The position numbers were made by a program, and so were the translations under genes. Below, in pieces: positions 1 to 10,436 of a DNA stretch of 64,000 bases. The DNA comes from an uncultured Pelagibacteraceae bacterium (GTDB lineage: Bacteria > Pseudomonadota > Alphaproteobacteria > Pelagibacterales > Pelagibacteraceae): contig CACGOM010000003.1 of assembly GCA_902574705.1 (NCBI GenBank), positions 12,405 through 76,404 of the forward strand, written 5' to 3'. Each line of letters starts with the position of its first letter. The stretch's first letter is position 1. The notes under the pieces were generated by a model. That model saw nothing but the letters and a program-made list of their open reading frames with translations. It did not search any database and was not told the origin of the DNA.

Positions 1-946
1 CCTCAGTAAATAATTTAAAATGATGGATTAATGCTTCCATTGAGTCTTTTAGTTCCTTTTTTGGTGGTGGGGTTATTTTTGCATCATTTGTTTTAACTGG
101 TCCTTTTGGTAATTTTACTAAACATTGATTAATAATATTTATACTTTCTCTCATTTCTTCAATTCTACAAAGATATCTATCATAACAGTCGCCATTTTTT
201 CCTATTGGAATTTTAAATTCTAATTGTTCATAACAATCGTAAGGTTGTGCTTTTCTCAAATCCCACGCAACACCTGAGCCTCTAAGCATTACGCCTGAAA
301 ATGAATAATCAAGAGCATCTTGTTTAGATACAATTCCTATATCTACATTTCTCTGTTTGAAGATTCTATTATCTGTTAATAAAGTTTCTAAATCATTAAT
401 TATTTTTGGAAAATCTATGCAAAATTTGGCTATATCATCGACTAGTCCTCTTGGTAGATCTTGATGTACACCACCAGGCCTAAAATAGTTTGCATGTAAT
501 CTTGATCCTGAAACTCTTTCATAAAAACCCATTAGTTTTTCTCTTTCTTCAAAGCCCCATAATGTAGGTGTTAAAGCACCTACATCCATAGCTTGGGTTG
601 TAACGTTCAAAATATGGCTAAGAATTCTGCCTATTTCACAAAACATTACTCTTATAAATTGACCTCTTATTGGAACTTCTAAATTTAAAATTTTTTCTAC
701 TGCTAAAGCAAAGGCGTGTTCTTGATTCATTGGCGCCACATAGTCAAGTCTATCAAAATATGGAACTGCTTGAGTATATGTTTTATGTTCTATTAATTTT
801 TCTGTTCCTCTATGCAATAGACCTATATGTGGATCAGCTTTCTCTACAACCTCGCCATCTAGTTCTAAAATTAATCTTAACACACCATGGGCTGCTGGAT
901 GCTGTGGTCCAAAATTAAGGTTTAAAGTTTTTTTCTCTTTAGTCAT
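1..946 (-). CDS. nuoD: NADH-quinone oxidoreductase subunit D (3' end outside window)
   Basis: Manual translation from ATG at 946 gives [25 protein letters not shown]; follows nuoC. Confidence 0.96.
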   Translation of the reverse strand, partial: MTKEKKTLNLNFGPQHPAAHGVLRLILELDGEVVEKADPHIGLLHRGTEKLIEHKTYTQAVPYFDRLDYVAPMNQEHAFALAVEKILNLEVPIRGQFIRVMFCEIGRILSHILNVTTQAMDVGALTPTLWGFEEREKLMGFYERVSGSRLHANYFRPGGVHQDLPRGLVDDIAKFCIDFPKIINDLETLLTDNRIFKQRNVDIGIVSKQDALDYSFSGVMLRGSGVAWDLRKAQPYDCYEQLEFKIPIGKNGDCYDRYLCRIEEMRESINIINQCLVKLPKGPVKTNDAKITPPPKKELKDSMEALIHHFKLFTE

Positions 947-1535
947 TTTTTTTATTTATATTTTTAATATATTTTGTGCCTTCCCAAGGGCTCTCATAAT
1001 CAAAATTTCTATAATTTTGTTCAAGTTTAACTGGTTCATATATTACTTTTTTTTCATCTTCGCTGTAACGAACTTCATTGTGACCTGTTAGGGGAAAATC
1101 TTTTCTTAATGGAAATCCATCAAAGTTATAATCTGTGAGTATTCTTCTTAAATCTGGGTGATTCTTAAATTTAATACCATACATATCAAATACTTCTCTT
1201 TCCATCCAATTTGCAGATGGAAAAATTTCTGTGATTGATGGGATTATTTCATTCTCATTTATATAATAATTTAAAATAACTCTATTATTAAACTCATGGC
1301 TTAATAATAAATAAATAAGATTAAACCTATTTTTTTCCTCTGGATAATCAACTGCAGTTACATCTATCAATTGTCTAAACTTTGTAGATGAGTTATTTTT
1401 CAAAAACACTAAGACTTCAGTTAAGTCTTCAACTTCAATATTTAAATATAAATGATTGTGTTTTATGTAACTTGATTTAATTTTAGTTGCTAGTTCTGAG
1501 TTAATTTTTTTTTCTAAATCAATAAGTTGTGTCAT
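939..1535 (-). CDS. nuoC: NADH-quinone oxidoreductase subunit C
   Basis: [24 protein letters not shown] and PLRKDFPL motifs. Confidence 0.97.
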   Translation of the reverse strand: MTQLIDLEKKINSELATKIKSSYIKHNHLYLNIEVEDLTEVLVFLKNNSSTKFRQLIDVTAVDYPEEKNRFNLIYLLLSHEFNNRVILNYYINENEIIPSITEIFPSANWMEREVFDMYGIKFKNHPDLRRILTDYNFDGFPLRKDFPLTGHNEVRYSEDEKKVIYEPVKLEQNYRNFDYESPWEGTKYIKNINKKND

Positions 1536-1539
1536 TAAA

Positions 1540-2061
1540 TTATCTTTCTATTGATCCTTTATTTCTTATTTTCTTTTGTAATTGCATTATTCCATACAAA
1601 AGAGCTTCAGCAGACGGGGGACATCCTGGAACATATACATCAACGGGGACAACTCTATCACATCCCCTTACTACTGAATAAGAATAATGATAATAACCAC
1701 CACCATTTGCGCAGCTTCCCATTGATATTACATATCTTGGCTCTGGCATTTGGTCATAAACTTTTCTTAAAGCTGGCGCCATCTTATTTGTAAGTGTACC
1801 AGCAACAATCATTACATCGGATTGTCTAGGTGATGCCCTTGGTGCAGCACCAAATCTCTCTAAATCATATCTCGGCATTGATGTTTGCATCATTTCTACA
1901 GCGCAGCATGCTAAACCAAAAGTCATCCAATGAAGTGAACCGGTTCTAGCCCAATTAATTAAATTATTAAAAGATGTAGTAATAAAACCTTTTTCACTAA
2001 AATCTTTTGCTAGTTCTTTAAACTCATCAGGTATTTTTTTTTGTCTATCAATTTGATTCAT
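1540..2061 (-). CDS. nuoB: NADH-quinone oxidoreductase subunit B
   Basis: [20 protein letters not shown] and PGCPP motifs. Confidence 0.98.
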   Translation of the reverse strand: MNQIDRQKKIPDEFKELAKDFSEKGFITTSFNNLINWARTGSLHWMTFGLACCAVEMMQTSMPRYDLERFGAAPRASPRQSDVMIVAGTLTNKMAPALRKVYDQMPEPRYVISMGSCANGGGYYHYSYSVVRGCDRVVPVDVYVPGCPPSAEALLYGIMQLQKKIRNKGSIER

Positions 2062-2064
2062 TTT

Positions 2065-2433
2065 TTACTCCCAATCAAGGGCCCCTTTTTTCCACTCATA
2101 AATAAATCCAATTGTTAAAATAAATAAAAAAATCATCATTGAAATAAATCCAAATATTCCAATTTTACCTAATGAAATTGCCCATGGGAATAGGAAAGCA
2201 ATTTCTAAATCAAAAATTATGAACAATATAGCTACAAGATAAAATCTTACATCAAATTCCATTCTTGAGTCATTAAATGCCTCAAATCCACATTCATAAG
2301 CTGATAATTTTTCTGGATCTGGATTTTTTGGAGATAAAGCGAAATTTACAATTATAAATCCTGTACTTAAAATTATAGATATAATCAAAAATACTATTAT
2401 TGATAAGTAATCGTTTAAAAAATCCGCGAGCAT
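2065..2433 (-). CDS. nuoA: NADH-quinone oxidoreductase subunit A
   Basis: [20 protein letters not shown] and [10 protein letters not shown] motifs. Confidence 0.98.
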   Translation of the reverse strand: MLADFLNDYLSIIVFLIISIILSTGFIIVNFALSPKNPDPEKLSAYECGFEAFNDSRMEFDVRFYLVAILFIIFDLEIAFLFPWAISLGKIGIFGFISMMIFLFILTIGFIYEWKKGALDWE

Positions 2434-2641
2434 ATTTATTATTATTAAATACTTAAATCTTTGAATAAGAAAATTCTGATAAGAATCTTATTATATGTAA
2501 TTATATCACAAGTTAAAGTGTTAATATTCATTGATTGTCTTATATTTTTTTTTTTATCTAAATACAGTGTAATTTGGTCACGCAAATAAGGGCTTAAATG
2601 TTTGCTAATTTTATTTTTTGAGAACCATTATCAATAATTAA

Positions 2642-2718
2642 TGGCGGGAGTGACGGGACTCGAACCCGCGGCCTCCTGCGTGACAGGCAGGCGCTCTAAC
2701 CAACTGAGCTACACCCCC
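2642..2718 (-). tRNA. tRNA-Asp(GTC)
   Basis: Reverse complement GGGGGTGTAGCTCAGTTGG...CCTGTCACGCAGG...GGTTCGAGTCCC...CCA. Confidence 0.97.
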
Positions 2719-2723
2719 ATTTT

Positions 2724-2799
2724 TGGTGGGCAGTAAAGGACTCGAACCTTTGACCCCCTCGGTGTAAACGAGATGCTCTACCAACTGAGCTAACCGCCC
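2724..2799 (-). tRNA. tRNA-Val(TAC)
   Basis: Reverse complement GGGCGGTTAGCTCAG...CTCGTTTACACCGAG...GGTTCGAGTCC...CCA. Confidence 0.97.
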
Positions 2800-2855
2800 A
2801 AAAAATCTTTAGCCTTTTACAACAAGCTAGTAACAATGTAAATTATTATAAATGA

Positions 2856-5246
2856 TTAATTTGTAAGAATTTTCTCTGAATCTTCTTCTTTTTTTGTTTT
2901 TGCAATATCTTGTACTTCAGCCCAGTCAACTCTTTTAAGTTCTTTAGTTAAAGCAATTTTTAACACTTCATCAACATGTTTTACAGGTGTAATTTTTATG
3001 TCATTTTTAACCTTTTCAGGAATGTCAACTAAATCTTTTTCATTTTCGTTTGGTATTAGAACGTGTTTAATTCCTGCTCTATGTGCAGCTAATAATTTTT
3101 CTTTCAATCCACCAATTGCTAAAACCTGACCTGTGATTGTAACTTCGCCAGTCATAGCTATCTCTCTATTTATAGGAATATCAGTTATTGATGAAACGAT
3201 AGAGGTAACCATAGCTATTCCTGCGGAAGGACCGTCTTTGGGAGTGGCCCCCTCTGGTACGTGGATATGAAAATCTTTTTTTTCAAATAAAGGCGGTATT
3301 ATCCCGTATTCTAAACTTTTTGATCTTACAAATGATTTTGCGGCTTTAACAGACTCTTGCATCACATCACCTAACTTACCAGTAATTTGCATTCTTCCTT
3401 TACCTGGCATATGGACAGTTTCAATTTTTAATATTTCTCCACCAAATTCCGTCCAAGCTAACCCTGTTACAATTCCAATTTTATTTTCTGTTTCTACTTC
3501 TCCATATTTAAATTTTTTAATTCCTAAAAAATCATTAATATTTTCAGCATCAACCTCAACTTTGGTTTTTTCATTATTTACAATCTTCTTAACAACTTTT
3601 CTTGTAATTTTTGATATTTCTCTCTCTAAATTTCTAACTCCTGACTCTCTTGTGTACGATCTAATTATTTCACGTATTGTTCCTTCTTTCAGATCCAACT
3701 CGTTTTCTTTAACTCCGTTTTCTTTAACTTGTTTAGGTAGAAGATATTTGTTTGCGATATTAATTTTTTCATCCTCAGTATAGCCTGGTATCCTAATTAC
3801 TTCCATTCTATCTAAAAGTGGTGGAAGTATATTTAAGGTATTTGCAGTGGTAACAAACATTACATCAGATAAATCATAATCTACTTCTAAATAATGGTCA
3901 TTAAATGCAGTATTCTGTTCAGGGTCTAACGCTTCTAGTAATGCAGAAGAAGGGTCTCCTCTATAATCATTACCAACTTTATCTATTTCATCTAAAAGAA
4001 TTAATGGATTTTTTGTCCCCGCTTTTTTCATCATTTGAATTATTTTTCCTGGTAAAGATCCAATGTAAGTACGTCTATGTCCTCTAATTTCTGCTTCATC
4101 TCTTACTCCACCTAAAGACATTCTAACAAATTGTCTGTTTGTAGCTTTCGCAATAGATTTACCTAAAGATGTTTTGCCAACTCCTGGTGGACCAACTAAA
4201 CACAATATTGGTCCTTTAATTTTCTCCATTCTTTTTTGAACAGCTAAAAACTCAATTATTCGTTCTTTAACTTTATCTAGTCCAAAGTGATCTTCATCTA
4301 ATGTTTTTATAGCTTTGCTCAGATCAATATCTACTTTATCTTTTTTAGACCAAGGTAAATCGACCATCCAATCTAAATAATTTCTAACAACAGTAGCTTC
4401 TGCCGACATGGGGCTCATATTTTTTAATTTTTTAAGTTCAGATAAACATTTTTTCTCAACTTCTTTCGGCATTTTTGATTTCAAAATAGATTTTTTTAAA
4501 TTTGTACTCTCGTCTTTGCCATCTTCAATTTCACCAAGTTCTTTTTGAATAGCTTTAAGTTGTTCGTTTAAATAGTACTCTCTTTGAGTTTTTTCCATTT
4601 GGTTTTTAACTCTGCCTCTAATTCTTTTTTCAACACCAATGATACTTGTCTCATTTTCCATTACTTTTATTACAGAATCTAATCTTTTTTTAACGTTGAA
4701 AGTTTCAAAAATCTGTTGCTTCTCAGAAATTGTCATGTTCAGGTGTGAAGCAATATTATCTGCAATTGCCGATGGGTCTTTTATATCTTTAATATTATTC
4801 AATGTATCTGAATTTACTTTTTTATTTATTGATGTAAGTTTTTCTAATCTTCTAACTGCAATAGCTGATAATGAATTTAAGTCATCATCATTATTGATTT
4901 CGTCTTTTTGTATCTCATAATCACATTTTATGAATTTTTCATTTTCTACAAAATCTAAAATTTTTGCTCTTTTAATTCCCTCAACTAAAACTTTTACTGT
5001 GCCATCTGGTAGCTTTAAAAGTTGAAGAATTCTACTTTCACATCCATAGTTAAATACATCATTTCTTTTTGGGTCATCAGTTTCTGAGTTCTTTTGGGTT
5101 ACAAGTAATATTTTCTTTTCAGAACTCATAACATCGTTAAGTGCATTGATTGACTTATCTCTGCCAACAAATAGTGGTATAACCATATTAGGAAATACGA
5201 CAATATCTCTTAGTGGTAATAGCGGTAAAGACATTTTAACATTCAT
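2856..5246 (-). CDS. lon: ATP-dependent Lon protease
   Basis: LPLRD N-domain, GPPGVGKTS Walker A, PKDGPSAG catalytic Ser. Confidence 0.99.
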   Translation of the reverse strand: MNVKMSLPLLPLRDIVVFPNMVIPLFVGRDKSINALNDVMSSEKKILLVTQKNSETDDPKRNDVFNYGCESRILQLLKLPDGTVKVLVEGIKRAKILDFVENEKFIKCDYEIQKDEINNDDDLNSLSAIAVRRLEKLTSINKKVNSDTLNNIKDIKDPSAIADNIASHLNMTISEKQQIFETFNVKKRLDSVIKVMENETSIIGVEKRIRGRVKNQMEKTQREYYLNEQLKAIQKELGEIEDGKDESTNLKKSILKSKMPKEVEKKCLSELKKLKNMSPMSAEATVVRNYLDWMVDLPWSKKDKVDIDLSKAIKTLDEDHFGLDKVKERIIEFLAVQKRMEKIKGPILCLVGPPGVGKTSLGKSIAKATNRQFVRMSLGGVRDEAEIRGHRRTYIGSLPGKIIQMMKKAGTKNPLILLDEIDKVGNDYRGDPSSALLEALDPEQNTAFNDHYLEVDYDLSDVMFVTTANTLNILPPLLDRMEVIRIPGYTEDEKINIANKYLLPKQVKENGVKENELDLKEGTIREIIRSYTRESGVRNLEREISKITRKVVKKIVNNEKTKVEVDAENINDFLGIKKFKYGEVETENKIGIVTGLAWTEFGGEILKIETVHMPGKGRMQITGKLGDVMQESVKAAKSFVRSKSLEYGIIPPLFEKKDFHIHVPEGATPKDGPSAGIAMVTSIVSSITDIPINREIAMTGEVTITGQVLAIGGLKEKLLAAHRAGIKHVLIPNENEKDLVDIPEKVKNDIKITPVKHVDEVLKIALTKELKRVDWAEVQDIAKTKKEEDSEKILTN

Positions 5247-5254
5247 ATAATCAA

Positions 5255-5281
5255 ATATGGATATTATATAAAAATTTGCAA
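5255..5281 (-). promoter_or_regulatory. Putative RpoH (sigma32)-type promoter of lon
   Basis: Minus strand TTG-N18-CCATAT just upstream of the lon ATG; fits the alphaproteobacterial RpoH consensus. Confidence 0.55.
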
Positions 5282-5305
5282 TAGTTAATTAATAATTGTT
5301 AAATA

Positions 5306-6565
5306 TTACGCAGCTGAAGTCTTTTCTGACTTATTTTTGTTTTTGGAATGTACAATTATTGGTTCAGAAACTCCATTTATAGAGCCTGTGTCAATAATAA
5401 CCTCTTCTATGTCACTTTGGCCAGGTAGTTCAAACATAGTTTTTAATAAAGCATTTTCCAAAATTGATCTCAATCCCCTTGCACCTGTTTTTTTAGACAT
5501 TGCTTTATTCGCTATTTCTTTTACTGATTCATTTTTAAAAGTTAATTTTACCCCTTCAAGTTTAAATAATTCTTGATACTGTTTTATTAAAGAGTTCTTT
5601 GGCTCCATTAAAATTTGTACAAGTGCAGCTTCATCTAAATCCTCAAGAGTTGCAATTATAGGAAGTCTTCCAACAAATTCAGGGATAAGTCCATACTTCA
5701 ATAAGTCTTCAGGTTCTAATCCTTTCATCCACTCTCCAGTTTTCTTTTCTTCAATTGATTTGACCTTGGCACTAAATCCAATTGAAGAACCCTTGTCTCT
5801 TTGCGAAATAATTTTATCTAAGCCAGCAAATGCACCTCCACAAATAAAAAGAATATTTGTGGTATCTACTTGCAAAAATTCTTGTTGAGGATGTTTTCGT
5901 CCACCTTGAGGAGGCACACTTGCAATAGTACCTTCCATAATTTTTAACAAAGCTTGCTGAACACCTTCTCCTGAAACATCTCTCGTAATAGAAGGGTTTT
6001 CTGTTTTTCTACTAATCTTATCAACTTCATCTATGTAAACAATGCCTCTCTGAGCTTTTTCAACATTATAATCTGCAGCTTGTAAAAGTTTTAATATTAT
6101 ATTCTCTACATCCTCTCCTACATAACCAGCCTCAGTTAAAGTTGTAGCATCTGCCATTGTAAATGGCACATCCAAAATTCTAGCCAATGTTTGTGCTAAT
6201 AAAGTTTTTCCACATCCAGTTGGTCCTACTAATAAAATATTTGATTTAGATAGTTCAACATTTTTTGATGTTTTATTCTCATAATTTAATCTTTTATAGT
6301 GATTATGTACTGCCACAGATAAAACTTTTTTTGCGTGATCTTGGCCGATAACATAATCATCCAATACTTTACAAATTTCTTTTGGAGATGGTAAACCATC
6401 TTGGTGTTTAACAAAATTTTCTTTACTTTCTTCTTTTATGATGTCCATACATAATTCAACGCACTCATCACAAATAAATACGGTTGGACCTGCAATTAAT
6501 TTTCTTACCTCATGCTGGCTTTTTCCGCAGAAGGAACAGTAAAGAATATTTTTATTTGTACTCAT
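5306..6565 (-). CDS. clpX: ATP-dependent Clp protease ATP-binding subunit ClpX
   Basis: CSFCGK...ICDECV zinc finger, [21 protein letters not shown] loop. Confidence 0.99.
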   Translation of the reverse strand: MSTNKNILYCSFCGKSQHEVRKLIAGPTVFICDECVELCMDIIKEESKENFVKHQDGLPSPKEICKVLDDYVIGQDHAKKVLSVAVHNHYKRLNYENKTSKNVELSKSNILLVGPTGCGKTLLAQTLARILDVPFTMADATTLTEAGYVGEDVENIILKLLQAADYNVEKAQRGIVYIDEVDKISRKTENPSITRDVSGEGVQQALLKIMEGTIASVPPQGGRKHPQQEFLQVDTTNILFICGGAFAGLDKIISQRDKGSSIGFSAKVKSIEEKKTGEWMKGLEPEDLLKYGLIPEFVGRLPIIATLEDLDEAALVQILMEPKNSLIKQYQELFKLEGVKLTFKNESVKEIANKAMSKKTGARGLRSILENALLKTMFELPGQSDIEEVIIDTGSINGVSEPIIVHSKNKNKSEKTSAA

Positions 6566-6655
6566 AATTTTTTATAACGAATCAATAGAGTTACTTTATT
6601 ACATTAAAGTATATCATATCAAGTATAGGTTGTTTGATTGACTATATATAGATAG

Positions 6656-7264
6656 TTATTCTCTTTTAGATACTACTTTATCCACAAGTCCAAAATCTTT
6701 TGCCATATCAGGTGTCATAAAGTTATCTCTCTCTAAAGCTAGTTTAATATCTTCAACTGTCTTGCCAGTGTGCTTGGAATAAATTTCATTTAATCTTTTT
6801 TTCAAAGACAAAACTTCATTTGCATGAATTTCTATATCAGTTGCTTGACCCTGAAAACCAGCAGATGGTTGGTGAACCATAATTCTAGAATTAGGTAATG
6901 AAAATCTTTTACCTTTTTTACCAGCAGCTAATAGAAACGATCCCATGCTTGCAGCTTGACCAATACACAAAGTAGAAACATCTGGTTTTATGTATTGCAT
7001 CGTATCATATATTCCTAATCCAGAAGTAACTAAACCGCCTGGGCTATTTATATATAAAAAAATATCTTTTTTTGGATCTTCAGACTCTAGGAACAGCAAT
7101 TGAGCTGTAACTAAGGATGCTATATGATCATTTATAGGACCAACTACAAAAACAATTCTTTCTTTCAAAAGTCTTGAATAAATATCAAAAGCTCTCTCAC
7201 CTCTGCTAGTTTGTTCAACTACCATTGGTATTAAAGCATTCATATGTTCATATATTTTTGTCAT
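6656..7264 (-). CDS. clpP: ATP-dependent Clp protease proteolytic subunit
   Basis: [23 protein letters not shown] and MVHQP motifs. Confidence 0.99.
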   Translation of the reverse strand: MTKIYEHMNALIPMVVEQTSRGERAFDIYSRLLKERIVFVVGPINDHIASLVTAQLLFLESEDPKKDIFLYINSPGGLVTSGLGIYDTMQYIKPDVSTLCIGQAASMGSFLLAAGKKGKRFSLPNSRIMVHQPSAGFQGQATDIEIHANEVLSLKKRLNEIYSKHTGKTVEDIKLALERDNFMTPDMAKDFGLVDKVVSKRE

Positions 7265-7299
7265 GTTAAACGAATCGATATCGTTTATACAACTTAGGA

Positions 7300-8721
7300 T
7301 TACTTTTTGCTAACTTTTTTTGTTTTTTTAGGAGTCGTTTTTTTAGATGTAGTTGTTTTTTTTGATTTTGTAGTTGATTTGGTATCCTTTTTTTCTTTTG
7401 GAACTACAGTTGAAGATGATTTAGTCATTTTGTCGTTTTCAGATTTTAAAATTTTTTCAGCCTCTTCTTTAGAAATTTCTTTTAAATTTGAGTTAGCTTG
7501 TTTTTTTATCTCACTTATTATTTTCTCTTCATAAAGTGAGCCTCTTAAACTTGCTATAGCATTTGGATTCTTTTCATAATATTCTTTTACAATCTTTTCT
7601 TGTCCAGGCATCATTTGAAATTGTTTTTGGATTTCAGCGTTTAATTCTTGCTCGGTAACATTAATTTTATTCTTTTGGCCAAATTCATTTAGTATCAAAC
7701 CGGTTTTAATTCTTTTTTTTGCATTAATTTCTAAATCTTTTTTATTTTTACTAATTTCATCCTCTTGCATTCCTTGGGACAGCACAGCAATCTCCTGATC
7801 AACAAGTTCTTTTGGAAGCTCTTCAATTTTGATTTTATCTAATTGATCTAAGATTTGATTTTTTGACAACAAGTCTAGTGAGTTTTTATATTCATCATTG
7901 ATTTGTTTTGAGATTAGCTCTTTCAAACCATTAAGATCTTTTGCCCCTAAGTTTTTTGCAAACTCATCGTCAATCTTTACCTCTTGATTAATTTTTACAT
8001 TAGTTATTTTACATTCAAATATTGCTTTTTTATTTACAAGTTCTTTCTCAGGAAAATTTTCAGGTAAATTGACTTCAACTTTTTTTGTATCATTTTTCTT
8101 AACTCCAATTAACTGGTCATCAAATCCTTTTATGAATAAATCTTTACCTAATATTAGCTGTGTATTTTTTCCATCATTACCTTTGAAATCTTTACCATCA
8201 GATGTAGCGTGATAATCAAAAACTACAAGATTACCTTTCATTGCTTTATGATTTTCATCTGCGTCTTTAAAGTTATTTTGAGTTTTTGCAATTTGATTTA
8301 ATCTTTCATCTGTATGTTTTTTATCTATTGTAACTTTATACTCATCGAACTTAATATTTTTTAATTGCTTAGTATCAACCTCGGGAAGTTCAGTAACCGT
8401 CATTACATATTCTAATTCTTTTCCTTCTCCATATTTTTTTAAATCTATTTTTGGCTGAGTGGCTGGTCTGATTTTATTTTCTTCTAGTGCTTTAGCTGAA
8501 GTATCTTTTAATACTTTATCTAAAACTTCCCCCATTATTGCTTCTCCAAATTGTCTTTTAAGAACTTCTCTAGGAGCTTTTCCTGGTCTAAAACCTTTTA
8601 AAGTATAATTTTTTCTTATTTCTTCATATCTTTCCTCAAGATATGTATCCATTGTCTTTTTATCGACAATAACTTTAATATCTTTTCCAAGACCTTTTTT
8701 GTTTTCTATTGTAACTTTCAT
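7300..8721 (-). CDS. tig: Trigger factor
   Basis: GFRPGKAP signature; start moved to ATG 8721 (MKVTIENK) because the longer ORF overlaps tRNA-Leu. Confidence 0.96.
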   Translation of the reverse strand: MKVTIENKKGLGKDIKVIVDKKTMDTYLEERYEEIRKNYTLKGFRPGKAPREVLKRQFGEAIMGEVLDKVLKDTSAKALEENKIRPATQPKIDLKKYGEGKELEYVMTVTELPEVDTKQLKNIKFDEYKVTIDKKHTDERLNQIAKTQNNFKDADENHKAMKGNLVVFDYHATSDGKDFKGNDGKNTQLILGKDLFIKGFDDQLIGVKKNDTKKVEVNLPENFPEKELVNKKAIFECKITNVKINQEVKIDDEFAKNLGAKDLNGLKELISKQINDEYKNSLDLLSKNQILDQLDKIKIEELPKELVDQEIAVLSQGMQEDEISKNKKDLEINAKKRIKTGLILNEFGQKNKINVTEQELNAEIQKQFQMMPGQEKIVKEYYEKNPNAIASLRGSLYEEKIISEIKKQANSNLKEISKEEAEKILKSENDKMTKSSSTVVPKEKKDTKSTTKSKKTTTSKKTTPKKTKKVSKK

Positions 8722-8730
8722 TTTATCAAA

Positions 8731-8815
8731 TGGTAGGGCGAAAAGGACTCGAACCTTCACCGATTGCTCGACTGGTTCCTAAGACCAGCGCGTCTACCAA
8801 TTCCGCCATCGCCCC
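8731..8815 (-). tRNA. tRNA-Leu(TAG)
   Basis: Reverse complement GGGGCGATGGCGGAATTGGTAGACGCGCTGGTCTTAGGAACCAG...GGTTCGAGTCC...CCA, with a long variable arm. Confidence 0.96.
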
Positions 8816-8900
8816 AGTTTTAATATGGAGGTTTATATATTATTGAAGTTATTTGTCCAATTAGAATAATAGTGTAAATATAGTATAAATATTAAAAAAA

Positions 8901-9149
8901 ATGACAGTTTCACCTTGCATAAGCATTTGTAGAACAGATCCAGTTACAGGTTATTGTTATGGATGTGGCAGAAATAGCGAGGACAAGATCAAATGGAAAG
9001 ATCCAAATACAACCGAGGAATGGAAAATAGATAATTTAAAAACAATCAGATCAAGAATGACAGGTTGGCAATTAGAAAGTTTTAATGAATCTTATGAACA
9101 TAAGTTAAAAAGTGGAACTTCATTATTTAAAAAGGCAAATCAAAAATAA
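8901..9149 (+). CDS. DUF1289-family small Cys-rich protein
   Basis: SPCISIC...CYGCGR...W pattern. Confidence 0.8.
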   Translation: MTVSPCISICRTDPVTGYCYGCGRNSEDKIKWKDPNTTEEWKIDNLKTIRSRMTGWQLESFNESYEHKLKSGTSLFKKANQK

Positions 9150-9150
9150 T

Positions 9151-9318
9151 ATGAGCAAAACTACTATAGTAATTATTGTTTATGTTTTAGGCTTAGTTTT
9201 TGGAGCTTTAGTATTGGATTTGTGGAGCGCTGAAACTAGCCCTAAAGCGCTACTAGGAATGATTTGGACAGCCTTATTTCTCATTGCTCTATATTTTGTA
9301 GAATTCAAAAACGAATAG
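9151..9318 (+). CDS. Small two-TM hypothetical membrane protein (55 aa)
   Basis: ATG 1 nt after the previous stop; two hydrophobic helices. Confidence 0.6.
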   Translation: MSKTTIVIIVYVLGLVFGALVLDLWSAETSPKALLGMIWTALFLIALYFVEFKNE

Positions 9319-9401
9319 CCAAGAGATTTAAGCAGTATAACTTAAAAATTTTCTAATTTATCAGTTGAATAATAACAAATTCAATTATAGTTTGCGAACT
9401 C

Positions 9402-10436
9402 GTGAGAATTGAAGAAGAACTTAAACTGGATTATTCTGACGTATTATTTAGGCCTAAAAGAAGTACTTTATCAAGCCGAAAAGACGTAGATCTTAATAGA
9501 ACCTATAAATTCAAATATAGTAGAAATGAGTGGTCGGGCATACCTATAATGGCTGCAAATATGGATGGTGTTGGAGAGTTAGGTATAGCTGATGCATTAT
9601 CTGCAGATGAAATGATTACATGTTTAACAAAACAACATGATGTTAAAAAATTATCAAAATATAAAAATTTAAAAAAAAATTATAAAAATATTGCATTAAG
9701 TATCGGAATTAAAAAAGAAGATTTTGATAATTTAGACAAGATTTTAAAAGAGTATAGTTTCTTTAAATTTATTTGTATTGATGTTGCTAACGGATACTCA
9801 GAACACTTTAGTAGTTTTCTAAAAAAAGTTAGGGATAAATATCCAACAAAAACACTTATAGCGGGGAATGTTGTTACAGCTGATATGACACAAGAATTAA
9901 TATTAAGTGGAGCAGATATTGTTAAAGTTGGTATCGGACCTGGAAGTGTTTGTACAACAAGAATTCAAACAGGAGTTGGTTATCCACAATTAAGTGCTGT
10001 CATAGAGTGTGCAGATGCTGCTCATGGTTTAGGTGCACATATAATTGCTGATGGTGGTTGTACTTGTCCTGGAGATGTTGCAAAAGCTTTTGGTGGAGGT
10101 GCAGATTTTGTGATGTTGGGAGGAATGTTTGCTGGACATGATGAAGGAAGTGGAAGAATAGTTAAATCTAATGGTTCAAAATATATTGAATTTTATGGCT
10201 CTAGTTCTGATACAGCAAATAAAAAACACTATGGTGGTTTATCTAGTTATAGAAGTAGCGAAGGCAGAACAGTAAGAGTCAAGTATAGAGGAAAAATTAA
10301 AGATACAATTTTAAATATTCTTGGTGGTTTAAGAAGTAGTTGTACTTACGTTGGAGCGCCGTCTTTAAAACAATTAAGCAAATGTACAACTTTTGTAAGA
10401 GTTACAAAACAATTTAACGATACTTTTGTTAAATAA
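9402..10436 (+). CDS. guaC: GMP reductase
   Basis: [22 protein letters not shown] and [11 protein letters not shown] motifs. Confidence 0.96.
   Translation: MRIEEELKLDYSDVLFRPKRSTLSSRKDVDLNRTYKFKYSRNEWSGIPIMAANMDGVGELGIADALSADEMITCLTKQHDVKKLSKYKNLKKNYKNIALSIGIKKEDFDNLDKILKEYSFFKFICIDVANGYSEHFSSFLKKVRDKYPTKTLIAGNVVTADMTQELILSGADIVKVGIGPGSVCTTRIQTGVGYPQLSAVIECADAAHGLGAHIIADGGCTCPGDVAKAFGGGADFVMLGGMFAGHDEGSGRIVKSNGSKYIEFYGSSSDTANKKHYGGLSSYRSSEGRTVRVKYRGKIKDTILNILGGLRSSCTYVGAPSLKQLSKCTTFVRVTKQFNDTFVK

Noticed and set aside
8722-8760. N-terminal extension of tig
   Set aside because: It overlaps tRNA-Leu; the true start is ATG 8721
2642-8815. tRNAs as integration sites of a genomic island
   Set aside because: No integrase or duplicated tRNA 3' end was seen, and the 3' flanks lead into core genes
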